Source of the DNA: Schizochytrium sp. TIO01
Taxonomy: Eukaryota; Protista; Bigyra: Labyrinthulomycetes
Length of the DNA: 64,000 nt
Direction of reading: 5' to 3'
Assembly: GCA_004764695.1 (NCBI GenBank)
Contig: SMSO01000035.1
Span: 3,546,040-3,610,039 of the forward strand
Part shown: positions 35,687-46,821 of the stretch, piece by piece
Layout: the number at the start of each line of letters is the position of its first letter
Position numbering within the stretch: the stretch's first letter is position 1
Made by a program: the position numbers and the translations under genes
The notes under the pieces: generated by a model
The model's input: the letters and a program-made list of their open reading frames with translations, nothing else
Databases searched by the model: none
Told to the model about the DNA's origin: nothing

Positions 35687-38218
35687 TTATGGAGATAAAG
35701 GTTCATGAACAATATACGACGGAGCTGTGTCGTTGGCTTCGTTAGGAGAGGCAAGTGCAGCCAAAAATTGAGTCCCCGCAGAAGAAATATGTTGCCCAAA
35801 GCCGAAAGCTGACCAATCTGGGGAAGTTGCAGCAATGAGTGGGCTTTTCGGAGATGCGCAGTCAACATATGTTGCAAACTCGCCAGTGGAATTCTTGAGA
35901 TGCACATAGTCTCTTTTAGAGTTGTCCTCTTTCACAGCATCACCGTTCACCTTCTCACTGCGTAGATGCTTAACCTTCTCACGATGGGCAAATTCCCCGT
36001 TTGACGCCTCTAAATGAGTGGTCTCCTTGATCGTCTCTTCGGTTTCTTCCCAGACTTGAACACGCCCGTTCCACAAAACCTTCATAAATTCCACTGTTCT
36101 GGATTCTCGAATAACCTCTCGTCGACGGAAAGTACCCGAGCGGTCAAATGTGCTCTGGGAGGGGACACCGACAGTAGGCCCACCTTTTCCTCGAAAACCC
36201 AGGATTGCAAACACCTGAGGGTACATGCAGGCCTCATCGTTGCAACGAACAGGTGTTTTCCCTGCGGGTACAAGCCATCCACGCTCAGCGGCTAGACGTT
36301 CTGGGGCTGCAAGGTCGTCGTCTGTAGCTCCCATGGTTGACATCATCTCTTCGCGACGCTTTCTTTGTTCATGCTCACGCTCCATTTCCGCTTCTTCTTC
36401 AGGAGTCGGGTCCATGCCCTGATTCCAGGCCTGCAAAAGGACCGAGTCTGTGTTTGCAATAGCTTCGTCCCACTCTGCCTCTTGTCCGAACCGAATTCCC
36501 AACTTAACGACGATTATTTTTGCTGTATGCTTGCAATCCTCGAGCTGCCCGTGAGCCCAAAGACACAGCGCAGAAAGCAGGAGACCAAGACGACCTTCAA
36601 GGTCGACAGTAATGTCCTCAGATCCAGGCATACAGTCTATTAACTGTTCTAATGTCGAAGCACATTGCATGACCACACTTGGTAAATCGTGCAATGTGCC
36701 GGCTTCTAGTAGTGCAGCCAAAGTTCGACCAAACCCATATGGCTGCTTCTCTGCAATGCGATATAGACATGTGCTTGCCGATGCTCCAATCAAAGCGTCC
36801 ATATCAGTACTGCGAACAAGACACATTTCGAGAAGTGCACGCTCATTCACAGTATCGCTACATTCACAGACCTTTTCAGGTGCACCATCAAGAATTGCGC
36901 TTAGGACCTGGAAAGCTTGCATGGCTAAATCTGGGTCTTCACAAGCAGCAACATTACATATCAATGGCAAGATGTTAGGAACAATGCGGCCGAGTGTAGC
37001 ACATTCGTCATGCTCAGCTAGCAATTTCGTAGCGCTCAATAACCATGGGAGACTAGAAAGTTCGCCCGCATCGATTTCTGGAAGGCAACTAAGAATCTGC
37101 TCCATCGCTTGCTCAGCGTCCAAAAAATCATCATCGCCTTCAATCCCTGCTCCTCTTTCGTTCACATCATCATTGATCCCATCTTCGGTTTGCGCACGTG
37201 TCATTTCCTCTGGATCACATGGCTCTATAGTTTGTACACTATCGTCTTCGAAGCTTACAATATCGACGTGCGGAGGACGCGAGGAAGGTGATGGAACCCA
37301 TGCTGCAGCATCGGAAAGAGACTCGACATTGTCATCAGTGACTGAAAACCCATGCTCAAGAGCGTCTTGGCTGTCTCCAATACCATACAATTGGTCTTCT
37401 TCATCTTCTGTCTGATTACTCTTAACCTCCGGTGAGGAACTTTCCTCGTCTCTATTCTCTTCAGTTTCTGGTGCCCAGGACCTCGTGCGATCCTGGTTGA
37501 CACGGCTTTCCTCACTCGTTTCATTTCTCTTCCTTCGCTCTTCCTTCCCTGCTAGCCGTTCACGTGAGAATCGCATTTTTTTGCTGCGCTCTTCACGTCG
37601 CAAGCGTTTAGCTGAGGATGAGGATGAAACCGAGGATTTCATCCTTTCACGGTCCACAACAAGGTCCTGAATAATTTGCAACGCCCAATCCCTAAATATC
37701 GGCCATGTTAGAAACATGACATTGTGCTTTTGAAAGGGTTCTTGCACTAGGTTGTCCAGGACCTCAGGCGTCTTTTTCAATAGCTCTGGAGTATTATCCG
37801 CCAGGGTTCCAAATGCACGAAGAATACATGTTAAAAAAATCGCGCATTCATCTGCCCATAATGCAGCACTGGCCCCAAGGTCGAAGAGATCAAACAAGAA
37901 GCGCAACTTTTCGTTGGGAGTTGCACCAGATAATAGAGCCATGCCAGTAAATATGGTTAGAGAGCTGCCCTTGAGACTACGCGATCTCGCCATGTCTCGG
38001 ACCGATGTTCTCTCGCTGAATTGTTTGAAATGGCGAACAGCCTCAGCAGTGTTCAACCCTTGAAACAATCTGACAAAAACATCTGCGTCCATGGTCATTT
38101 GCCCTGGTTCAGCCTCCTTCACAAAGTTATCTCGAGCATCATATAGTGTGTCAATACCCCATGTTCTTACAGCGCTGTCCTGAAACTCAGCCTTCAGGCG
38201 TACTTGAGGCAACGACAT
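35687..38218 (-). CDS. Uncharacterised 843-aa protein: N-terminal degenerate EF-hand (recoverin/CBL-like) region, acidic linker, ARM/HEAT-like helical region
   Basis: Long ATG-initiated ORF. EKLRFLFDLFDLGASAALWADECAIFL resembles the EKLxFxFxLYD EF-hand entry with a degenerate loop. The middle is amphipathic helical repeats. Confidence 0.75.
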   Translation of the reverse strand: MSLPQVRLKAEFQDSAVRTWGIDTLYDARDNFVKEAEPGQMTMDADVFVRLFQGLNTAEAVRHFKQFSERTSVRDMARSRSLKGSSLTIFTGMALLSGATPNEKLRFLFDLFDLGASAALWADECAIFLTCILRAFGTLADNTPELLKKTPEVLDNLVQEPFQKHNVMFLTWPIFRDWALQIIQDLVVDRERMKSSVSSSSSAKRLRREERSKKMRFSRERLAGKEERRKRNETSEESRVNQDRTRSWAPETEENRDEESSSPEVKSNQTEDEEDQLYGIGDSQDALEHGFSVTDDNVESLSDAAAWVPSPSSRPPHVDIVSFEDDSVQTIEPCDPEEMTRAQTEDGINDDVNERGAGIEGDDDFLDAEQAMEQILSCLPEIDAGELSSLPWLLSATKLLAEHDECATLGRIVPNILPLICNVAACEDPDLAMQAFQVLSAILDGAPEKVCECSDTVNERALLEMCLVRSTDMDALIGASASTCLYRIAEKQPYGFGRTLAALLEAGTLHDLPSVVMQCASTLEQLIDCMPGSEDITVDLEGRLGLLLSALCLWAHGQLEDCKHTAKIIVVKLGIRFGQEAEWDEAIANTDSVLLQAWNQGMDPTPEEEAEMEREHEQRKRREEMMSTMGATDDDLAAPERLAAERGWLVPAGKTPVRCNDEACMYPQVFAILGFRGKGGPTVGVPSQSTFDRSGTFRRREVIRESRTVEFMKVLWNGRVQVWEETEETIKETTHLEASNGEFAHREKVKHLRSEKVNGDAVKEDNSKRDYVHLKNSTGEFATYVDCASPKSPLIAATSPDWSAFGFGQHISSAGTQFLAALASPNEANDTAPSYIVHEPLSP

Positions 38219-39110
38219 TGCCTCGAGTTCAAAGCGGCTCTACAACTGGGTTTATCAATTTTATTCGCAGATCTCTGACTGGCCTGATGCTTGAAGTGCT
38301 ACTTAGGCAAGCGATAACTTCAGCGATAACTTCTGACTAGGCTCGCGTCGCTTGTCTCAAGTCAAGCACTTCCCATCCCCCTTCTTTTCTAAGCGTTCTT
38401 AATATCGACTCTTCTCCGGGATTATGCGCACACACAAGCCTCCGTGCGTTGCGTGCGCAAAGACAACCAGCCCGCTCAGACTGAGCTTGTTATTCTCTAG
38501 TCTGGCAGTCTTTGTGTTGTGACTTTCCCTGGTTGTTAAAGTTTAATCCCTTCAATTATTGCGCATTAACTGTTGTCGCTAACTCAAAGCAAGAAAGTGA
38601 CTGTTTGATGTCTAACGCACTCTTCCCTGTTTCGTTTCGCCGACCCTGTTCAGAGTAAAAGAACAGACCCAGCCTTGGCAATCAAGGTGTCAATGATAGG
38701 CTCTTCTATCTCGTCTAACGTTGTGAACTTCAGTTCAACGAATTAGGTACTAGAATAAAAATTGGATGTCGAGCCTCCTATCAATCCCTTTCCATCAGTA
38801 TAAGTTGAAGCCAAAGTCCTCCTGTCTATATCGCCAAGATTATCAATGACCCTGATTTTCAGCTCTCCTTCTTACCCATCAAGCTTACCCTTTTTACCAC
38901 GCGCCACGCGCTTCTAGCCAAGTCCCATCACTTCGCCCACATGCATTCGCATAACTTTTCATGTATCCGTTGAGAACACCTACTTTGCCGTGCAGTCCCT
39001 GGAGTCGATATCCTATTATACTCAACTGCCCCAACCTCCGAGTTGATATCAACACTATGATTTAACCCTTGCGTTGCTTTCTATCATACACTATGCTGTG
39101 CTGCCTATTA

Positions 39111-39638
39111 CCCACCTGGAGGGATGAAATGGATTGGCTTTCCTTAGCCGCGGTGTGGACAACGCATTTTGCGGAGAGATGGGCTTCGTTACTTGAAGAT
39201 AACGTTCGTGACGTGGTGTAAATTGGTCCTCGATTTGAGCAAGAACAATCAATCGTGAAGCGAATTGGATGCAATCAATACCCAGATTCAAACGTACCTA
39301 GAGGCCTGCCGCAGAGCATGCTGGCGAAGATCTCTGGCTGATGAATTCATGAGCTATTTCTCTCGGTGGGCAAGCTTGGCGAGGTCGATCGATGCAAGTA
39401 GTAGGTGGCTTTGGCTCTGTTTGGTTGGCGAGTTCTAGAGGTCAATGCTGCTTTACGCCGTCGTGTCGTGCTTTGGCTTGCTACGTTGAGGAGGGATGGC
39501 GAGGGCCAGGCGGTCGATTGCCAGTTAGGAAAAGGCGGTGACGATGACGACAAAGAAGAGGACAGTCAGGCTCAGAAGAGGTTATTCTCCACCTTGAGAG
39601 CTGTGAGCTGCCATGGTTTCAGGGTGATTGAGCGATGA
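39111..39638 (+). pseudogene. Possible decayed coding remnant (weak Rsm1/NIPA C3HC-like motifs)
   Basis: One frame with internal stops contains ALALFGW...RRVVLW...F, then TGC-CA-TGG, which is CPW minus one base. The zinc ligands are not intact. Confidence 0.25.
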
Positions 39639-39877
39639 ACGATTCAGACAGAGAATCAGAGTAACAATGTAAAAATATAGTTAGCATAAAAATATATAAA
39701 GCTCACTTCAAGTCGTTGGTGGAGTCCTCATTGGGGGGCCTTCAGGTTCCTTCGTCGTGCTGCATTCTCACACGGGGCCACGGCGAGAGTCAATTGATCC
39801 TCGTAGGCGGAGCGTACATCGTTGAATTCTATCTTCTTTTCTGTTGTCTTGTTTTCTATCTTGTTTTGCGGTGAGAC

Positions 39878-39930
39878 ATTCATTACATTACATTACATTC
39901 CATTACATTCCATTCCATTCCATTCCATTC
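39878..39930. repeat. Compound pentamer microsatellite (CATTA)/(CATTC)n
   Basis: Read directly from the sequence. Confidence 0.85.
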
Positions 39931-41528
39931 AAGAGAAGACCCACTATTAGGTATTTGCATAGCCACGCCACTACTGTTATTCCTTGCTAGCTGGTAGTCA
40001 GTAGTACATATGCACTTAGTAGGCGCCGTGAGCGATGACCACAGTAACTCAATTTGCTTTCATTCCATCCGAGTCCCTCATTCGTTCGACTCAGAGATAG
40101 CGTTCTTTGGCTCAAGAAGACGCCGAAAGACATGGCAAAACCTCGCCAGAGCAGGCGCTGCGACGAACGCGGTATTCTCTAACGTCTGGAGAGTCAAGCC
40201 CTCATTGCACTGGACAAATGAGTCATCTCAAGAAGAGTGGGATAATCCACTCTGTACGTTCGTGCTTATACAGCATGCGTAGTAGGCACTTAGGAGCAGC
40301 TAGGAGGGATGTGTTTTCAGGAACAAAGAAATCAGAATGAATGAGATATGCGGAGTAGGAGTAGCTATGCCATAGTAAGACTCTCTTGCTCACAGAGACA
40401 GCTTTTTTAAGTTAGAAAAAGTTGAAATGCCTTTTATATCTTCATCATAATCGTATTCAAAAGTTTTTTGTAGCTATTATTATTATTATAATAAAATTAA
40501 GTAAAAGTACTTTTATAAATGTAGGCCTGTACATAAAGTGCTATAATTGGGGAAGGAGAGGAGAGAGGTTTTTTTATTGTGACCTAAAACAGTAAAAGGG
40601 GATGGCCAAGACCATTAAAAGTATAGGCCTGGGGTGACTAAATTGATTTCTTTATGGTTTTTTTGAAGGAAATGAATACTACAGAAGGAGGAAGTAAGTA
40701 AAATAAATAATAATTATTAAATAATTATTATTAAATAATAAATAATAAATAGAAATAATAATTGTTGATATTATGACCTTTACGCCAAAAAGGGAAAGAG
40801 CAGCTTTTGAAAAATAGGACTCGAGGCAGAGCCTGAAGGACGCGCAGAACTCCGCTCCAGCGGACAACGTGCGGCAACGCGCTGCCTCGATCGTTCACTT
40901 GCAAGCTACGGAAGTTATTTGGGCGTGCGAAATCGTGAAGAGGTCTGTGGAAGGGTTCTGGGGAAACGCCGCTGGGTGCGGTTGTCTACGGCAGACCACC
41001 GCTGACCGACTGATTCGACCCGGTCATTCGTTTGCTCTCAGTGACTGATTCGTTGCTTCGTGCGTTTTGACTCCTTTCTTCTTCTTTCTCTCTTTCGTGC
41101 ACCTTCTATCGCGCTTCCGCACCTTCAACCTCGTTTATTATTCTCCTGGTGTAGCATCGTGGATACTGAGGACCTGTTGGGCTTCAACAGCATCTCTGAA
41201 GGCTTTGTTACAGCCGCCGAACTTGGAGGCAAGGCAAGGCAGACGAGTCCGCCTGGGCGCACAAGGCCATAACTTCTTCACAAAGGAAAGCACAGCTGTG
41301 ACGCGCTAGAACGTATTACAGCAAACGTCGAGCTGTAGCGCTGTTGCACGGCTAGGCTGCTCCAACAAAGGTGTTTGCATGAATATAATCGGCGGCATTT
41401 GCTTCGTGTTATTTAAACCACGTGACATCGCGGGCTTGGCAGAGGAACAACTCGCTGGAAGATATTGTCGGTTGAAGACACTCTTGAAGGCATCAACTGG
41501 TTTGCAGTAATTTATTCTCTTGACAAAG

Positions 41529-44500
41529 ATGCAGAAAGGGGCCGAAGTGGATTCCCGAATGGTCCTTGGACCGGACTATACGGACTTGGAGATGCTGCAA
41601 GGCTATTTGCAAAAGAAAAGCTCTCATGGGTCGTATCAGAAAAGGTACTTTGCAGTAAACAATCAGTATCTAAATTATTTCACAGACCGAAAGATGAATA
41701 AGCTTCGCGCTAGCTGTGACCTCACGGATCTCACCGATGAACCCTACCTTGAGGGTAGGTTTGGCGAATTCATCTTGCCATTAAAATCAGGTGATGTTTA
41801 CCTCAAGGCAAAATCAGTCAACGAAGCAAATAACTGGGTTCGCTGTCTCAAAGAGCGACAAATTTTCTTTGAGGATGGAGCAGGTGCTGATGTGATATTC
41901 ACAACTAACTCTACTGCTGCAATGGAGGCAGAGCATGAAGGCACGGCAACATCGTCTAACTCGAAGGTACCCCAGGAACCTCCGTCGCCAAAGATAATCA
42001 AACCTCACGTAGCAGAACCCCCAACTCCCTTGGGTAAAATACCATCATCAAGCAACCATAGCAACAAATCTATCAAATCCGTCAAGTCCGCGGGGTCCAA
42101 CAAATCTTTAAAGTTCGATACACCAGATGTTCACGAGCCAATTGCAAAGCCTCCTCCTCCCAGACCACCCAAGCTCAACACCACCAATGATAAACAACCT
42201 ACCTCGCCTTCTACCCCGCTTTCGTCAACCTCAACATCTCCTGCTGGTAGCTTTCGGGAGCCCAGCGAGATTGCGTTCAACCCAATTCCTATCAAGTCTG
42301 TGAAAAGTCTCTCCAAATTTCCGCAACCCAATGAGATTGCTTTCAACCCAATCCCAATCAAATCTGTGAACAGCCGTTCAGGCCTTCCGCGGCATCCTAA
42401 TGTCAAGTCTGTCCTTACATCGGCACTAGGAATTACATCCTGTCGAACCGCCGATGTTGACAATGCCTCTGAGGACTCCTCAAACAATAACGGAAGCAGC
42501 CGAGGTCTTACACGTCGCAACTCAGGTCATTCGCAAACCTCTGAAACTGACTCATTTGCTGGATCAGATGGCACGGGTGGGGACTTGTCCAAATACAAGT
42601 CTCGCAATAGTATGCGGAAAAAACAATCTGCTGTTCGATCACGTGACATCGAGTGGGAAGAGCGAGCCCAAGAACTATGTATCAAAGATGGTCTCTTACT
42701 CAAAAAATCCCCCAGTCGCTTCAAAGCCTGGCAATCACGCTATTGTCGCGTAATCGAAGGTTCATTGTACTATTACAAGAATGAGAGACTTGGCTGGGGT
42801 GATTTCCAGGGTCAAATTATTCTAGGCAAAAATACACAAATTATTGCGGCACCGGGCGATGAATCTGAAGTTTTCCATGTAGTGACCCCCCTCCGCGTGT
42901 ATGTATTCAAGGCTGAGTCTGAACAGATGATGCTTGATTGGGTATCTGATCTGGAAAAACACCTTAAGGATGTTGAAAAGCACCGCCAGGAAACACTAAA
43001 ACAAACCACTGCCATGGCTGATCGTGCGGCAGGCTTTTCGCCAGGAGGAGATCCACTAGATGATGATGAAGAGTCTAAAGAAGAAAAGGTCCCCGACTGG
43101 ATTGTAGAATGGGATTCTTTAGATGAGGTAGGTCGTGTACAAAAGGTTGAAGCAAACTTGGACAACAAGTTTGAGCGCAACGCATCTCTAGAAAGTACTC
43201 TGACCGCAGCGACACGGATGATTGAGGAACTCGATGAACTCTCTTTGGTCTGCCTTGGTCATCTCAAACGAATCGACATTCTCCAAGCTTACATGCGAGC
43301 TTACCAAATGAGATTCGAGCATGAGGTTGGTGTGTATTTGGTGGGTGATCGCTACGAGAGTCTTACAATTCATGATATGCTCCGTATTATGGATCTCATT
43401 TCCGCGTATAGCGAGTTTCAAACCCGACTTTTTAAAGATAAGCTTGGACGGAAGCTGAAGAAGAAACTCCCTCCGTTTACAATGGAGGATAATATCGATA
43501 TGATGGCTGCTCGCTATCTCGTAGACCTTCAGGAGTCTCTTGGTACGTGGATTGAAAACATCATTCGCACAAACCTTGCACGGGGTGAGGATTGCGTTGA
43601 AGTGATCCGTCGCGGCCAAAGCGAGCTTGCTACTAATGCTCCTGTTGATATTTTCAACATGATCAACGAGACTCTTATAATGGCCAAAGCAAGTGGTGTG
43701 CCACAGGTGCAGGTTGCTGTCATGCAGTGCTGCCTTGTGACAATTGCAGATTACATCACCACATTTCGTCGGGAATTACACGAGACAGAGCGTGGACAAG
43801 CTCTCATGACTGACCTTCGATTTATGTGCGCAATTACTAACGATTGTGCCACAATTCAAGATCACATTGATGACCTCGACCGAGGTCGTTTTGGTATTTC
43901 TGGTGCTGATGTTGACATTGACTGGAACCCGGTCCGTTCGAAATACAGTCAAGCCGTTCTCTCCTTTGTTGACGTCATCCTTGACATGATCCATGCCGAC
44001 GTTGAAGCGTTCTACTCTCAACTCTTTACCCCAGCGCATCTAGATGTGTCTCCACAAGATCTTCATGGTAACGTAATGGTTCGTATTGCAGCTACAGTAC
44101 AGGATTATTTGGGAGATATCAAGAGTTTTATTCTCACCCCATACTTCAATCAACTCCTCAGATACCTTACACGTGATATTGTTGTAAGTTATTGCGTTTC
44201 CCTGTTTAGGCATTCTCCTATCAGTAGGAACCCAAATCATTGGGTGGACCTGGTTCTCCCAGAAAAGGTCAGCTACGCCACTGCGCCACGTTTTGATGGT
44301 ATTTTAGCCAAGCAAAAACTTAGTTTGGATGATGTATTCCACATTCGTGCGGATAAAGAAGGTGTTCTTCGCACGCTGGGCCTTTTCACTAGAGATCCAG
44401 AAAAGACCCTTGCAATGGAAATGCTGCTTTGGGAAAACGTATCAGATTTACTGGCTGTCTCACCAGAGTTTTTCGCAAGCGCCGTCAATAAAATGTCAGT

Positions 44501-46319
44501 TGCTTGGGCGAAGGATATGCAACGTCCAGTCATTGCCACGTCGTTAGCTTGTTTGGGTCTTCGCGAGGATGTCACTGCAGCTCAAGCTGGGGAGATCATT
44601 CATGGTATTACAACCAGTATGCGAGAGGCTGAATTTGTTTCCCGTATTGACGAAGCAAACCAGAAGAACAGAGACGGATCTGCAGTCTACTCACGTGTTT
44701 GGCCTCAACTTACCCTGCGCAAAGAGCCGAGTACACCCCCTACTCCTAACAGTGCACCAGCAACCATGGGAATGGGTAACGACGCAAGCGCGTCCTTCGC
44801 AGCGATGCCCGCTCGAGCTGCAACAGGCACTACCGGTATCGCCAAGGCAAACAAGGTGAGTGAGTTGCGACGTAGTGCAAGCGGTTCTTCTTTTAAAGAT
44901 TCGTCTGGAAAGTCCAGGGCAGAAAAGCTAATGGACAACGTGTCAAAAGACATCTCAGACGAAGCTGTCTTGGCTCGTCAACAAATCCGCCATGAGAAGA
45001 TTGATTTTACGGAAAATATTCGCGACATTGATCTTCATGGATACATGGAAAAAAAGAGTCCCTCAATGTCGCACATGTGGCAACGTCGCTGGTTTCTCGT
45101 GCATAAAGCACTCGATAATCAGACAAATACCTGGAAACTTGCACTTTCCTGGCACAAGTCGCACAACTCTCCGATGAAAGGGCGGTTGTTTCTGGACACA
45201 ATCCAGCGTATCGAAATTCTTTCAAAGCTTCCCGTGCACGTTGCTGCGGATGGCATTTCTTTGGTTCTCAACAAGCAACAAACTAAATCTGAGAATAGAA
45301 TTGGCTCCCCTGAGGCGGGCCGGTATGAGTTTCAAGTCGTTACTGTGGATCGAACCTTTGTTTTCCGTGCATTATCCATGTCTGAAACAGTTACATGGGT
45401 CAATGGTCTAAATAAGGGCAGTAGAGAGGCAAAGCGTTTGGCGAAGCTTTTAACTCGGGCACCAAGTGCGCGATCGGCGCTGGGAGAGCAACCTAGTTTG
45501 GAAGATTACGCGAAACTTGACACACCACACTTATCTGCGCTTTGTGAAGCGAACGGATTCAGGACCTCATCGAATATGGCTCGAGAGGAGATGATTGACC
45601 TTTTGAATCAGCTCACCTCTCCAACAGTTGATAAATCGGCTGTGGCAGAAAATGTACACAATCAGGAGAAGGAAAAACTCTTACTTACACGAAGCGTTGG
45701 TGATTTACGGGCAGAGTGTCATCGCCTCGGCCTTGATATGTCTCGTTGTACAGAAAAGGCGGACCTTGTACGCTTGCTTGCATCTTCTGGTGGAGACGAT
45801 GTCGGCGATCAACGAGAAAAGGAGGCTCAGCTTCGCCAGCTTGTAATGCGTGGTCTCAGTCTACTTGAGGAGGAGGACGAGGACCAGAACTCGGGTCACG
45901 GTACGAGCGAAGATAGGCTTGAACATGCCATTGGTATCTTCGAGCGTGTTGCAAGAGAGGCACGCGAGCACGGATTTGGACTCGTGGAGGCACGTGCAAT
46001 GCACGGACTTGCTTCAGCGTACGTATGCTCTGAAGATCGTCGTGATGCTGCTCCAATCATGTTTGAGATGGCCGCAAATATGTTTTGGACGGCTGGTGAA
46101 AAATCGGATGCTAAAACCTGCGTGCTGGATGCCTCTGAGCTCTTCCGTAGTGCCCACGAATATGAGGACGCAATTCGTTGTCTAGTAGAGTACGACACCA
46201 AATCGAAGTCCCTGGTCTTTTCTGATCGCATCCTAGAGCTTCGTGAAGAGCTTTATCGCAAGAACAATCCGCCTAAGTCTCGCTTGGGAACCTTCTTCTC
46301 ATCCAACGCAGCGATCTAG
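41529..46319 (+). CDS. Multi-PH-domain Sec6/EXOC3-like protein (PH-PH-Sec6-PH-SAP/HeH-like-TPR-like), 1596 aa
   Basis: PH motifs GYLQKK..YQKRYF..ANNWVRCL, GLLLKKSP..WQSRYC..MLDWVSDL and GYMEKKSP..WQRRWF..TVTWVNGL. Sec6-like motifs TNAPVDIFNMINE, FMCAITND and IAATVQDYLGDI. C-terminal SVGDLRAECHRLGLDMSRCTEKADLV. First ATG at 41529. Confidence 0.85.
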   Translation: MQKGAEVDSRMVLGPDYTDLEMLQGYLQKKSSHGSYQKRYFAVNNQYLNYFTDRKMNKLRASCDLTDLTDEPYLEGRFGEFILPLKSGDVYLKAKSVNEANNWVRCLKERQIFFEDGAGADVIFTTNSTAAMEAEHEGTATSSNSKVPQEPPSPKIIKPHVAEPPTPLGKIPSSSNHSNKSIKSVKSAGSNKSLKFDTPDVHEPIAKPPPPRPPKLNTTNDKQPTSPSTPLSSTSTSPAGSFREPSEIAFNPIPIKSVKSLSKFPQPNEIAFNPIPIKSVNSRSGLPRHPNVKSVLTSALGITSCRTADVDNASEDSSNNNGSSRGLTRRNSGHSQTSETDSFAGSDGTGGDLSKYKSRNSMRKKQSAVRSRDIEWEERAQELCIKDGLLLKKSPSRFKAWQSRYCRVIEGSLYYYKNERLGWGDFQGQIILGKNTQIIAAPGDESEVFHVVTPLRVYVFKAESEQMMLDWVSDLEKHLKDVEKHRQETLKQTTAMADRAAGFSPGGDPLDDDEESKEEKVPDWIVEWDSLDEVGRVQKVEANLDNKFERNASLESTLTAATRMIEELDELSLVCLGHLKRIDILQAYMRAYQMRFEHEVGVYLVGDRYESLTIHDMLRIMDLISAYSEFQTRLFKDKLGRKLKKKLPPFTMEDNIDMMAARYLVDLQESLGTWIENIIRTNLARGEDCVEVIRRGQSELATNAPVDIFNMINETLIMAKASGVPQVQVAVMQCCLVTIADYITTFRRELHETERGQALMTDLRFMCAITNDCATIQDHIDDLDRGRFGISGADVDIDWNPVRSKYSQAVLSFVDVILDMIHADVEAFYSQLFTPAHLDVSPQDLHGNVMVRIAATVQDYLGDIKSFILTPYFNQLLRYLTRDIVVSYCVSLFRHSPISRNPNHWVDLVLPEKVSYATAPRFDGILAKQKLSLDDVFHIRADKEGVLRTLGLFTRDPEKTLAMEMLLWENVSDLLAVSPEFFASAVNKMSVAWAKDMQRPVIATSLACLGLREDVTAAQAGEIIHGITTSMREAEFVSRIDEANQKNRDGSAVYSRVWPQLTLRKEPSTPPTPNSAPATMGMGNDASASFAAMPARAATGTTGIAKANKVSELRRSASGSSFKDSSGKSRAEKLMDNVSKDISDEAVLARQQIRHEKIDFTENIRDIDLHGYMEKKSPSMSHMWQRRWFLVHKALDNQTNTWKLALSWHKSHNSPMKGRLFLDTIQRIEILSKLPVHVAADGISLVLNKQQTKSENRIGSPEAGRYEFQVVTVDRTFVFRALSMSETVTWVNGLNKGSREAKRLAKLLTRAPSARSALGEQPSLEDYAKLDTPHLSALCEANGFRTSSNMAREEMIDLLNQLTSPTVDKSAVAENVHNQEKEKLLLTRSVGDLRAECHRLGLDMSRCTEKADLVRLLASSGGDDVGDQREKEAQLRQLVMRGLSLLEEEDEDQNSGHGTSEDRLEHAIGIFERVAREAREHGFGLVEARAMHGLASAYVCSEDRRDAAPIMFEMAANMFWTAGEKSDAKTCVLDASELFRSAHEYEDAIRCLVEYDTKSKSLVFSDRILELREELYRKNNPPKSRLGTFFSSNAAI
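42261..42374 (+). repeat. Intragenic duplication encoding P(S/N)EIAFNPIPIKSV(K/N)S twice (66-nt period)
   Basis: 14 of 16 residues are identical and most nucleotide differences are synonymous. Confidence 0.9.
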
Positions 46320-46821
46320 TTCGCTAGAACTAAAAGCATAGATATGCATAATCCCCTATATTATTTGTAGAGCAAACAAACGTGAAATATTCGTCTTAAC
46401 AACTAAGAATTATTGTAAGTACCATATTTTTCATTGGAATGTCTAACGAGCAGCGCACGATTTAGCTCTGATGCTCTTCTGCCAGACTCAATCTTGATTT
46501 TCCAATCCAATTTATCAACTGAAGGCAGAATAAGCATCTATGCCTGAACTGAAGGAGAGAAGTATCAATAGACCAAAAAAGATGTTGTACCTGAAAACGC
46601 AAATGTTTGTAAATACTTTCGAGCCTTCTAAGAAGGAAGAGCCCCCCCCCCAAAAAAAGCAAACAAATGAAATGAAAATCAAATGATAACCCAAAGTTGA
46701 AGAGCATGACTTGTATCTTAAATTTAAGTTTCGTATTCTAGAAAATCGCATGGCGAGACTAACGATCTAGGTGACATGAAGAAGTAGAGCTTTCTAGGAT
46801 CTTTGAATAAATTCGACGCAT

